Of a stretch of 64,000 bases of DNA, positions 52,713 through 64,000 are shown piece after piece (positions within the stretch are counted from its first letter, which is position 1; each line of letters opens with the position of its first letter). The notes below the pieces were generated by a model. The model was given only the letters and a program-made list of their open reading frames with translations, ran no database searches and had not been told where the DNA came from. The stretch is from Selaginella moellendorffii (lineage: Eukaryota; Plantae; Lycopodiophyta). The stretch lies in assembly GCF_000143415.4 (NCBI RefSeq), contig NW_003314262.1, positions 2,177,046 to 2,241,045 on the forward strand. Reading direction: 5' to 3'. The position numbers and the translations under genes were made by a program.

Positions 52713-54389
52713 GTTAACAAATTAAAGAAATTACATGTTTTTAACCATATATTGACTCATATCTTTTGGTACTAGGTATAAAATAAATATGATAATAAAT
52801 TTATAATATATATCATTTATCCTTATTTCTTGCATGTAGAATGCTCATAAAGGAGAAATTACGAACTGGACCGGACGCTGGACATTCCCATCGCAGCGCA
52901 AGGGCACCACGAACACAGACGTGCGTGGACTCGGATGGTTGTGAGAGCTGGGCAGTTCTACAAGCTTTCCCCCGTGGAAGCTGCAGGACGAGGTGCTGGG
53001 ATGGAAAGTTTGGGCTCCCAAGGATGACGATGGCGTTCCAAGCTTGCTTGAGAAAGCTGCCAGGGCGGTGTCTAATCTTGGCGATCGTCAGAGAGCGGCT
53101 GCTCCAGCCATCCATGCTGGAGCGTTTTCGAGACTTTGTGCGAGTTTGCTTGGGTAAGAGGAAGACGATCAGTACCCGGTGGTGGCAAAGCAGCTCATTG
53201 TTTTCTTCACCGGGAACTCGGACGGGTTTTTGGCTGATGCCATCAACTGGAGGAAAGTTTGCGAGGGTGGTTGTCGGTCGTCGCCCAGGAGCGGATGTTT
53301 GTGTTTCGAGCCTGGAAACGTGAGCTCGTCACTGGATTCCAGGGATCAAGTGTTCCTTGAGGATCCAACCAAGCCTCATGTCTTTCAAGCGGCTGGGCTT
53401 CTCGACTAAACACCTTCAGAGAAGCACACGGCAGCGCAAATGTGCCGGAAAGCAAAGCTCGAGCCAACGAGTCTTTTGGACGATGAGAAAAAGAAGCCAA
53501 AGAGTTTTACAGCATACCCGAGAAACAACCAAGCAAAGCCTTCTGAGAAAAAGTATTCTGAGAAAAAGAAGATTCTGAGAAAATGATGATCCTAGAAAGC
53601 AGTATCACCAAAATTTAAAAACAGATATTTACTTACCTTACCTTTACCTGACAATTAGGGAGATGGTATTAATTACAGGTTTAGGGGTGATTTAAGCTAA
53701 ACCGCCTGGTGGCACAAATCTTTTGCCGGCTTCCATCCTCGAGTGTGGCAACGTCTACACCTTCGCTCGCGGCCTAGGCGAAATGGGGCCGAGCCAACAC
53801 ACTGAGACTTGTCCAGAGCGCCATACAAAGCAAGTTGGTTTGTATGGATTCAAAGATTCTTGAGTTTGATGTCGCAAGCAACACGATCACGTACAAGGAT
53901 CTCAGTCTCCATCTCATGGACAGTATGAGAAAGCTCTACATGGTGTTGTTGAGTGGCATAACGCAGGTGTACACAGGTAGTTAAGGAGATTTGTGCCAAG
54001 ACAAGATTTGCAGTGGTGAGTGCGCAAGAATTGCATCTCAGCTTTGATGGTCAAATCAATAACCACTTGAACTTTTTTGAATATAGGATTCGAATTTTCA
54101 TATGATTTAGATGATGTAATTGCCGACATGTTTTGTTAGAGAATAAAACACAGTTAATAGTTCATTAAAAAGAGCAATATTTAAACAGTTCTTCAATGTT
54201 CTTTTTTCTCATGTTATTAATTTCTTTGAATTTTTTTGAATATAAGACATGTTTTACTCCTTTGGTGCTAAATCATTTAGAGATTAAAACATAGTTAATG
54301 GTATTTAAACAGAATTGGCCATTCTTCAAAGTTCTTTTTTCTCATGTTATTAGTTTTTTGCTTGGTTTTCCATTTTCACAGTCTTCCTG

Positions 54390-56934
54390 TCACGACAATC
54401 CCAAAACCTTCCCACTTTCAATGTCCAAATCAATGTCGTAGAAGCACGGCCTGGTCGGCAAGCCAGGCATGGTGCTCATGGCCCCAACCAGCGGGTATAT
54501 AAAACCGGCACCCACGCTCGCGCGCACGTCTCGGATGGGCAGCGTGAATCCCTTTGGAACTCCCTTGAGCGATGGATCGTGCGAGAACGAGTACTGCGTC
54601 TTCGCCATGCAAATGGGAAGTTGCGAGAAGCCTTGTCGCGTGTAGAGCTCGATCTTTGCTTCTGCCTGTGAGCGACGATCGAGACGAGCAAATGAGAAGA
54701 AAATCGAGAAGCAAATGGAGAGCTTACTTCTGACTCGTACTCCACATTGTCGGCACCGTAGAACTTCGCAATCGCCTCGATCTTCTCCTTGATGCTCACC
54801 TCCAGCGGGTACAGGAACTTTAGAGGCGCGCTGTGTCGTTCGCAGGCTCTTTGCACAGCATACCCGAGCTCCACCTGGTAGAAAACGAAAAAACCAACCA
54901 AGCAAAGCTTAAACCATGGAAACAACTGAAACCAGACTTACAGCTCCCTCGCCACCACTCGCGTAGTGCGTGCACAGAACCGCGTCGAAGGCACCCGCGT
55001 CCAAAGCGATCGACTTCACCGCGGCAAGCTCGGCTTCGGTGTCAGTGGCGAACACGTTGATCCCGACCACCACGTTGACACCGTAAGATCTCGTGTTCTC
55101 GATGTGCTTCACCAGATTGGAGCACCCCGCTCGAACCAGCTCCAAGTTCTCACTTTTGTAGGCCGCATCAAGAGGCTTGCCAGCAACAACAGCTGGACCT
55201 CCACCATGCATCTTGAGAGCTCGGACAGTCGCCACAATGACCGCGCACTGAGGTCTCAGCCCGCTGTATCTACACTTGATATCCATGAACTTCTCACACC
55301 CGATATCAGCTCCAAAGCCTGCCTCAGTTATCACAAAGCCTTCCGGACCAACGAGCTTGAGAGCAATCTGGTCGGCGACGATGGATGAGTTCCCGTGAGC
55401 AATGTTGGCAAACGGTCCGGCGTGAACGAAGACTGGAGTTCCCTCCAGCGTTTGCATCAGAGTTGGATGGATCGCGTCCTTCATGAGAACTGTCAATGCC
55501 CCTCCGACTCCCAGATCGTCAGCCGTGACGGGATCGCCGGCTTTGCTCGATCCGATCACCATCTTTCCCAGTCTGGAACGCATGTCCGCCAGCGAAGTTG
55601 TCAATGCGAGGACCGCCATGATCTCACTGGCCACGGAGATGTCGAAGCCAGTCTCTCTGGTCATCCCCTTCTCCTCCGGCCCCTGTCCAACCGTGATCTT
55701 CCTGAGAAACCTGTCGTTCACGTCCATCACTCTCTTCCAGGTGATAGTGGCGGGATCAATGTCCAGTCTCGCGAACTTCTTCGTCTCTTCTGCCGTGAGC
55801 TGGTTTGGATCCGTCTTCTCGATGCCGAGCTTCTTCAAGCGACTGTACATCACCTTCGCAAAGCTTCTCTTCCCTTCCTTGTCCGCGGGACACAGCCTGT
55901 TGAACAGAGCCTTGTCCGACTGGGTGTTCTCGTGGAACATCCGAGCGTCGATGGCGGCCGAAAGTAGATTGTTGGCTGCGGTGATCGCGTGTATGTCGCC
56001 AGTGAGATGGAGATTAAACTCCTCCATCGGAATCACTTGACTGTATCCTCCTCCGGCAGCTCCACCTTTGATCCCAAACGTCGGGCCTTGGCTTGGTTGG
56101 CGTAGGCATGCCACAACCTGGATAGAACCAAGTATACTCAGCGAGCAACCGTGAACTTTACTACGACTGACTGGAGCTTTGCGAGCTTTAAGAGCCAAGT
56201 TCTAGCCAGAGAACTTCGAGAGGATATATCAGTTCGAGCCAGAGAACCTCGAGAAGTTACATCAGTTCTAGCCAGAGAACTTTGACAATCAGAGAGCTTT
56301 GACAAAGAAAGAATTTAGAGCAGGATGATATCAAAAACAATAAACAACGCATTCCAGCACGATGGAATCCATGTAAATGCAGAGGAAATTCACGACGAAA
56401 TATCGCAAACAGTGTTTGCGATAGAAAGTAAGCCAAAGGAGGACTCTAGACGCGAAGATCACCACTCTAGATCCTACAGTAAAGGAGGAACGAGCTCACC
56501 TTCTTTCCGAGATGAGCCCCCATGGCTTGCCCGAGCCCAACAGTGGTGGTCGATTTGCCCTCTCCCAGCGGCGTCGGCGTAATCCCGGCCACCACGACGT
56601 AGAATCCATCGGGATGGTTCTTGAGGCGATCCCGGACGGGCAAGAGCACCTGGCGAGAGCACAAAGAAAGCAAAAGAAATCACCAAAACCGCGCGCTGGA
56701 TCGATCGATCGATCGAATGTAGAGCCGTGGCGAGGGAGTGATTGAGAGAGGGAGAGAGGGGCTTGCCTTGGCCTTGGAGGGGCCGTAGAGCTGGAACTCG
56801 TGGGGCGACAAACCTAAGTCCTGCGCGATGGAGGCAATGGGCAGCGGATCGACCGACTGCGCAATGTCGATGTCCGCCGGCACCGGGTTCACGATCTCGA
56901 GCTTGCGCGGCGAAGACGAGGTCGGTGGCGCCAT
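54390..56934 (-). CDS. FTHFS: Formate--tetrahydrofolate ligase; exons 56767-56934, 56500-56649, 54942-56117, 54728-54874, 54390-54665
   Basis: [38 protein letters not shown] and MAKTQYSFS motifs; phase-0 introns, the first with a GC donor. Confidence 0.96.
56198..56285. repeat. 33-bp tandem repeat (about 2.7 copies) in FTHFS intron 2
   Basis: agttctagccagagaac units. Confidence 0.8.
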
Positions 56935-57167
56935 TCTCGAGCACTCCTCCGCTGGAGAGCTTTGCTGCTGCTCACCATATCCGCCGTCTACTGGAATCCG
57001 TCTGAGCATATGCTCGCGCACGGGCGGAATATGCTACCCCCGGCTATCGCTGTCGGTATATGCCCCACCGGCGGCATATTCTGTTAGGCGGAATATTTTG
57101 GATTTGCACTGCCAGAATATACCGGTGGATCTAGGGTTCTTCCGGATGGCTATGGTTTCTTGATGCG

Positions 57168-58283
57168 ATGGTGATCAACAGCAGGAGTGGATCGCATCAG
57201 GTGCTCCTACGGCAGCTCCAGCAGGGCATTCACACTGTCGATCAAGACGAGGAGGAGGAGGAGGAAGAGGAGGAGAATCCGGAAGAGGAGAATCTAGAGG
57301 AAGAGGAAGAAGCGGCAGCGCAGATTTCCACTCCAGCCCCAAATGTAGCCGCGGAAGGAGGAGGAGGAGAGGAGGAGGATGAAGAGGAGGAAGATTTGTT
57401 TGGCCAGATCGCTTGCGCGAACCCGGAGCTCCTCCAGCAGTCGCCGATCCAGGTGAGGGGCAGCAGCCAGGGTTTGGGGCGGGACGATTGGGGCGATGGC
57501 GCGACGCTGGCGCTGCTCCAGGCGTGGGGGGACAAGTGCGTGGCGCTCAACAAGTGGCACTTGCGGCTGGATCACTGGGCGGAGCTGGCGGCGGCGGTGA
57601 CGATCCGGAGCCACAGCCCCAAGACCGACGTCCAGTGCAAGAATCGCGTGGACACGCTCAAGAAGAAATTCAAGCAGGAGCGGCAGAAGCAGAGCTCGCT
57701 GGGATCGCCCAGCAAGTGGCCGTTCTATCGAATCCTTGACAGGCTTCTCGGGATGGCCAGCAACGCCAAGAACTCCACCGCCACCACCACCACTCCTCGC
57801 TCGTCCCTCCCGATCGGGGCGGATGCTGGGAACATCGTCAAGAACTCCGGCAAGGAATCCAAGCCCAGGGCGTCCAAGCGGCAGCACTATCATCCCAGCA
57901 GCAGCGAAGAAGAGGAGGAAGAAGAAGGAAATGACGATGATCGTGACGAAGAACTCCAAGATCACGAAGAACAGGAAGATCTACTGTGGGTCTTAAACTT
58001 CAAGACGAAGAAGCGGGGAGGTGGCAATGCCGCGAAGAAGAAGAAGAAGAGGAAGATGGGATCGCCATCTTCGTCCTCGTCTTCCTCGTCGCCGCTCGCC
58101 GGTGCCATCGCCAAGCTGGGCGAGATCTTCGAGCGCATGGAGGAGTGCAAGCGGCAGCAGCTGGTGGATCTGGAGAAGATCCGGATGCAATTCACCAAAG
58201 ATCTGGAGCTCCATCGAATGCAGCTGCTCATGCAAGCGCAGATGGAGCTCGCCAAGATCAAGCACAGCGTGGACATCCAGTGA
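57168..58283 (+). CDS. Trihelix (ASIL/SIP1-like) transcription factor, intronless
   Basis: W..GAT.ALLQAWG...W..LA...KTDVQCKNRVDTLKKKFK...WPFY motif and C-terminal coiled coil. Confidence 0.92.
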   Translation: MVINSRSGSHQVLLRQLQQGIHTVDQDEEEEEEEEENPEEENLEEEEEAAAQISTPAPNVAAEGGGGEEEDEEEEDLFGQIACANPELLQQSPIQVRGSSQGLGRDDWGDGATLALLQAWGDKCVALNKWHLRLDHWAELAAAVTIRSHSPKTDVQCKNRVDTLKKKFKQERQKQSSLGSPSKWPFYRILDRLLGMASNAKNSTATTTTPRSSLPIGADAGNIVKNSGKESKPRASKRQHYHPSSSEEEEEEEGNDDDRDEELQDHEEQEDLLWVLNFKTKKRGGGNAAKKKKKRKMGSPSSSSSSSSPLAGAIAKLGEIFERMEECKRQQLVDLEKIRMQFTKDLELHRMQLLMQAQMELAKIKHSVDIQ

Positions 58284-58400
58284 GAAGCTGACACGTGGCG
58301 AGAGGATATTCTAGGGAATTTTTGCTGGTATTTAAAAGATTCGTCTTTTTTGTTTTTAGTAGCAGCGCAAAGCAAAGCATAGCAAAGCATAGCAAAGCAA

Positions 58401-59269
58401 ATGTTCTTCGTGGCTTCAACCGGAAGTTTGCTCGCTTCGATCACTGTTCTTGCGGTGTTCGCGGCGATTGTCTCGGCGGGTATCCAGCACAATGTGGGCG
58501 ACAAGGCCGGATGGAAGCTGCCCTCTCTCGCCAAGATCAACTACACGGACTGGGCCTCGCAATACAGCTTCCAAGTCGAAGACACGCTGCGTAAGTTCTC
58601 TATCCAGTGCTTCTCGGAGAAATGCTCGCCAAGTTTGCTGCTAGAATCCCCTGCCCTCTATCCGTAGTTCTCGAAGTCAATCCCACCAAGTCGAAGGCAC
58701 ACTTCTTCTCTTTCTCGCGGAAATGCTCGCAAAGATTCCTGCTAGAATCCACTGGCTTAAGTTCCTCTTCGTTGTCGAAGCACTGGCTTTCAATCCTGTT
58801 TGCGACTGCTGCTTTCCCCAATAGCTCCTCTTTCTCTTCTCTCATGGATGGCTGGCTGCTGGCAGACTTCCGCTATGATCAAGGCACCGAGAGCGTGTTG
58901 CAAGTGAGCCTCGCAGACTACGTCTCCTGCTCCAATTCCAAACCCCTGGCAACGTATGACGACGGAGATACGGTGGTCTACCTGCTGAGAGACGGCTGGT
59001 ACTGGTTCATCTCTGGAGTTCCCAGCCACTGCAACTTGGGACAAAAGTTCTCCATTCGCGTCCAGCCTTTGAGCCACGGTTCTTATCAAGACCATGCTCC
59101 ATCGGCTGCCGAGCCTTCCACTGCCACTGCCCAAGGATTCTCCGGCGGCTCCCGTAGAGAAAACCCTGTCGCGATTCCAGTCTCTGCATTACCATCCTCA
59201 TCGGCTGGCTTCGCGACTCCAGTATTCCCTGCTCTTGTCTACGTTCTTCCCATAGTCCTTGTCGCGTAG
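58401..59269 (+). CDS. Early-nodulin-like phytocyanin; exons 58401-58590 and 58866-59269
   Basis: Signal peptide, VGDKAGW, NYTDWA, F.V.DTL/FRY, YWFISG...HC..GQK, and a hydrophobic GPI-type tail. Confidence 0.9.
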
Positions 59270-59704
59270 TAGTAAACAGCCTTAGAACTTGTGCGTCCTC
59301 CTCCCACGAAATCCAAAGAGCAAAATCCTTCCTTTGTCTGTTCCTTCGTTGCCAAGCCAAGTTGGTGGTCTCTGGTAGTCCAAGTATCCTGCCCCGGTCA
59401 AAGTCCAGAGTTCCTTGGTTGTAGTAGCAGAAAGGACCTATGCTTGTTGAAGAGCCCGAGAACTTTTCCACGTTGTATGCGTAGCCAGTACCTATTACAA
59501 AATCATTGTCCAAATTGCATGGAGTAATAAAGGAAAAGACATCTCAAACCTGCGCCACTTGCACGACCACGGGCCCGTGCTGCAGAAGAACCTCACCACC
59601 ACAGTGACGCCATCGATGATCACTTACGTGGAGCTTTCCTTCATAACGACGAGAACGCGTCCTGTTCCGTTCGGTTCCCTGATGCTCCCCGACGAGAGAA
59701 AGAT

Positions 59705-60520
59705 TCACACTGTAAACTTTGATCGGAGCTCGTCGAGTTCACTGTCGTATGATAGAATGTCGAAGAGCCGATCAACTACTGCCCTGTTCCTCTGTCCCAT
59801 CAACTTCATTGTGATGGCGAACCTCGAGCACTTGGAAATCGACTCCAGAATCTTAACCACAGCGGACACACCACCCGGCCCCTGTGTCTCACCCAATGCA
59901 TCTAGCAAAGTTCCCAAAACCCCGGTAAGGATATCTGGAGGAACCTCCACTCTGAAAATCCTTGGAAAGGGTCCAACGTTTGCCAGGAACTCTAGCCTCT
60001 TGTCTGGAGGTTCCGTGGATAGACTTCTCCAGCTTTTTCGAAAGGCATCTTGCGTCATAGGCCCCACGGTTCTGGCGGCAGTGGGTGGTACATCTGCATT
60101 ACCCGTGCCTCGCACAAAACTTTTCAGCTTTTCCAGAGACTCGAGGACATCGCGCTTCGACAAGATGGGAGCTTCCGTGCCTGCTTGAGATCTAACGTCG
60201 TCGGCCTTCAGCAAACTTCCAGAAGAACTGAACGACCAAGCTGGAGCAGTTCTTTTAGTATCCGCTCTGGGTTCCGCCAGCCTCTTTCGATCAACTGGTT
60301 GTAAGTGAGCAGCAGAGACCTGCACAAAGAAGACATAAGTATAGAAAAATTTAATGCGTTTTCTTACCATGGCTGCGAACGTAGGATAATCGACATTTTG
60401 AGCTGCAGCACGTTTCTTAGCAGCATCCACCTGACGCCGGTATTTGTCATCTTCAATAGAGGTACTCAACGTCTTGCTGTGCTTCAAGCTCTTAACATCA
60501 TCCCACAAACTTTCTGTCAT
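59705..60520 (-). CDS. CCDC103: Dynein attachment factor CCDC103-like; intron 60320-60367; start uncertain
   Basis: DAAKKRAAAQNVDYPTFAAMV|SAAHLQP N-terminal motif plus an RPAP3_C-like region (FPRIFRVEVPPDIL...RFAITMKLM). Confidence 0.75.
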   Translation of the reverse strand: MTESLWDDVKSLKHSKTLSTSIEDDKYRRQVDAAKKRAAAQNVDYPTFAAMVRKRIKFFYTYVFFVQVSAAHLQPVDRKRLAEPRADTKRTAPAWSFSSSGSLLKADDVRSQAGTEAPILSKRDVLESLEKLKSFVRGTGNADVPPTAARTVGPMTQDAFRKSWRSLSTEPPDKRLEFLANVGPFPRIFRVEVPPDILTGVLGTLLDALGETQGPGGVSAVVKILESISKCSRFAITMKLMGQRNRAVVDRLFDILSYDSELDELRSKFTV

Positions 60521-60658
60521 ACCGGAAAAATCCAATACCTAACAAGAAAACTACCTGAAGAACGGTCCCGATCACCCAAACAGATGTTTATTGCATCAAA
60601 CATCACTCCTCTACATATCGTGCAGTCTTATTTCACGCTATACAAGTCAGCTTAGGTT

Positions 60659-63226
60659 TTACCAACACCACCCCGTCCGCTAAACAAGAAAAAACGTCAG
60701 TACGAAACAAAAAAAGTAATATGCAATACCTGCAAACTTCGTTCCTTCAATTGTTCAAAACTAGTATGCAGCTCCTCTTGCTTGATTTGCATGCTGCGAA
60801 GGCTCTGGAAATACATACAATCATAAGCTAATCATCATTTTTAAAAAATCAGTACCTCCTTTGTCTCAGCCAGTTCATCCTCGAGCGCCTTGATCCGTTC
60901 AGCTGCTTCAACAGAGATGATTCTCTTCAGCTTCTCGTTTTGCTCAAGTAGCTCCCTCACAAGCCCTTCAAGCTTCTCTACACGGTCCTTGATCCCACTA
61001 GAGACCATTTGCTCCACTACAGCAGGTGGTTGCAAATTATGGACGACACGCGAGCTTGAACCAACGCCGCCAGTAAGCATCTCCTGTTTTCTTTTGCAAA
61101 TTTCTCGAGCAATGATCACAACACTCATGAAAAATGCCAAAATTGCTGCAAGGTAATTCGCAAAAGCACCCGGGTGGAGCTTGGAAATATCTGCATTGCC
61201 TGAAGCCAGTATCAGTATTGCCAAAAAGTTGCAAACTTCAAACTTAAACCTCTTGCATGAATGCTGGCGCTGTAGCCGTTCGAGTCCGTTTTCTTCACGT
61301 AGACGCTAGCAATGTTGTCAACAGCCTTATCGACCATTGGTACCATCTCATTACCAAGGACCAAGTCCGGGTTGTCCAAAAGTCTAGCACCGCCATAGAC
61401 CTGTAAGAGCACGTCAGTATCGCGTGAAGAACATTAGCTACCTCACCTCTTCAGACACCGAGTTCAGCCTCACGAAACTTGGTCTCGTTCTGACAGAGAA
61501 GTCATCCACGTCCGAGCCAGATTCTGCAGTTGAAACATCCAGCTCTCGGACCTGGATCATAATCAATCAAAATCGGCCTCCAAAACGGAGAAAGATATAG
61601 TTATACCTTAATTTCTGTTCCACCGGAATCTATAGTCACAATTTGTCTTGCAAACTTCGCTTTTCCATCCATAACAGCCTGAAGAGAGTAGGATCAGCCT
61701 AGTTCAAAAGACAACAACTAACATTGACGGTACCTTCAAAATGGATGGGTCTTTCCACGGTCCTCTATCAGAGCACATGCAGCCACCTTCCACGAGACAA
61801 TTGCAGGTCCCGCCAAGAAATTCTGGCAGCTCGCTGTTGAAACCAAATCAGTCAAAAAATCTCTAGCATGACATGCAACATATACATACTTTGCATCAAT
61901 AACCTCGAGGAGTCTGCTTTGAAACTTGTTCCCTAAGACCTGCAAAGAAAGTATAAGAAATTAAGAAACGTATGCGTAACGAAAGAATTAGTTACTGTGA
62001 TCTTTGAGGTAGTTTTAGGATCCAGAAAGCTTCGGACAGTATTCCACAGCAATCTAAACCCAGATCCGGCGTTCACGATATACATTCTGTGTAGAGTCTG
62101 TGTGCAGAAATTGTACAAGATTGAGAAAAAATCAGAAATCGTTTAAGATTCACCTCAGGATAATTGTCGCCGTCAATTTTTTGCATCCTGATTATCAGCT
62201 CTCGTGCAGTCTTATTGAAGTTTTTGAGACCCTGCAAAAGAACATGAGCATTATGTCGTAATTATAAGTGATGTAATCTCTTACCACACCAGCCACATCC
62301 AGAATCGTAGTGGTAGAATCTATGTGCCGTTTTGCCGCAATCGAACAAGCAGGGAACTTCTTGTTGATGGTCCTCTCGAACTCACATATATGGTACTTCA
62401 AATATCTATCGATGGTTGTGACGTTCATGAGCTTATTCGGTTCCACCTTGCCAAGACGCTCGATGTAAACAGGCCTTCCTTCTTTGTCCACGCCGTGATT
62501 ACCATGGGGGTAATACTTCTTCACCTCTTCTAGTTCCTCGAATGCAAAAGACTGCAAAAAAGGACCTACATTTTACGGAACGAGGGACAAAACTTCAGCA
62601 TACCTCTTCAATAGTGTCTACGTCGTTGTCTTTCCTCCATTGCAGCATCTCGATCCACATGTTCTTGGCCTTGTCATGATCAAACTTCCGAGCCTTCAAA
62701 AATCTAGAGCCAGCAAGAGCGACTGTATGGATAACAGGGAGAGAGAAAAAAAGAAACGAGTATAGCACATACCTCAGCAGCGTATGGTAATCGTCATGCC
62801 TGTCTGGAAGGAGATTCTCAGCTAGCAAAACCTGTCTAAAAGCATCCACGGCCTTTTGCTCCTCGGCGTCCCACACGTCCTCGATCAGCGATCTCTTTCT
62901 CCGTCTCTTCCTCCGGAACGATGACCTCAGCTTCTTGGACGCAATGATAGCCTTGAAAGACGCGATCTTGTTCTTCCCCTTTCGATCTTCCTCCGAGTCC
63001 TTCTCAAAATCGTCTTGATTCGCCGCGTTGGACGAGAGGCAGTCTAGCAATCAACCGCATTTACCCGTGAGATCCACAGCAAGGGATGAACCAAATGATT
63101 ACCTATATGCACTAGGCTCGATAGCGCTCGGTCGGCTCTCCAAGATCCTCGCTCTGTCTTCCATGCCGATTCTCGCGCCTTGGACGATGATCTAGGAAGC
63201 GCCGAGGTGCTCACAGCCGTCTCCAT
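60659..63226 (-). CDS. SEC14/SFH phosphatidylinositol transfer protein, multi-exon
   Basis: [53 protein letters not shown] and a C-terminal coiled coil ending GWCW*. Confidence 0.92.
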
Positions 63227-64000
63227 TCCCCCTAGGGTTTTGCGACAGCTCAGATCTACTACTTAGAATGCAAATCCAGCTCCCGCTGCAAGAATCTAAG
63301 CTCCCGACACGAGATTTCCATAGATTGCTGCCAGAGCCCCCTAGAATCACCTGACTAGCGCCAAGCCGCTGGCTTATTCGTCTGCTAACAGGAGAGATTT
63401 AGGGTTCTTGCCTCCCGCCGCTAAAGGGATTCGAACCTCCGCATTGGCCAGCTAAAATTCGCTGTGAAAGAGCACAAAGCGACGTGACACCATGATTGGA
63501 GGATAATTGGAAAGAAAAGTAAAAAACAAGCCTTTACCGCGTGGACGGCTGCTGTAAAGTTCCTCCCATGAAGAGCGTTGTCTCGAGATTCATACCATAG
63601 TTTTGTTCTTTTGATAACATAGAAAATCCTTTAAATCATTCACGTGGAAGCCCACCAAAGTTCCAGTTTTTTCTATCACACAGTACGAGATTAACAGTGA
63701 GCAAGTTGACTCCCACTTCCGTGTTCTTGGGGATCCCGCTCATCCATTTCGCGAGATTATTTTCTCTTCTTCGTCCATCACTTTCTTCTTCTTCCCGTGG
63801 ATCGATCGATCCTCTCCGCGCGTAGAAAATTCCAAGAGTGGCCAACAGCAAGCTCCAGCAAAGTTCCAACAATCACGATTATATCGTCAAGCTTCCACAG
63901 GGCTAACGTAGACCCTGTCCCCCAAACACACAGCACGGAACTCCCACTCTTTGTAGGCTAGCTAGAAGTAGAAGACTTAAAACACTAGACAAACAATCCA

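Noticed and set aside
49750-53580. Possible hAT transposase and PPR-like relics
   Set aside because: Too degraded for any motif to be supported.
63410-63450. tRNA-like GGTTCGAATCCC on the minus strand
   Set aside because: No D arm, anticodon arm or acceptor stem could be folded.
63636-63872. ORF or alternative first exon of SEC14 (MSGIPKNTE)
   Set aside because: Weak splice signals and no supporting homology.

Overview
Plant nuclear DNA. Introns of about 50 bp, a flagellar dynein-assembly gene and a compact gene block suggest a flagellate-sperm land plant such as the lycophyte Selaginella (inference). About 1-52 kb is nested transposons and pseudogenes; 54.4-63.2 kb is a dense block of five host genes (formate-tetrahydrofolate ligase, trihelix TF, ENODL phytocyanin, CCDC103-like, SEC14/SFH). 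Main result: a 17.3-kb TIR DNA transposon (12404-29751; 24-bp TIRs, ATCT TSD; about 9.9 kb without a nested chromovirus). It encodes a Sola-like DDE transposase and, divergently, one large multi-exon gene with a ParB-like region, a degenerate methyltransferase-like region and an FCP1-type HAD phosphatase. The element is studded with a 22-bp palindrome (ATGGCRTG-N6-CAYGCCAT), often inside its introns. Other highlights: a 55-bp GT-AG intron-like insert whose removal restores a chromovirus integrase-chromodomain fusion, a young non-coding LARD with duplicated covarying RNA structures, a 5S-derived Cassandra-like TRIM and an 8-LTR tandem TRIM array. All family assignments come from motif recognition by eye, not database searches.
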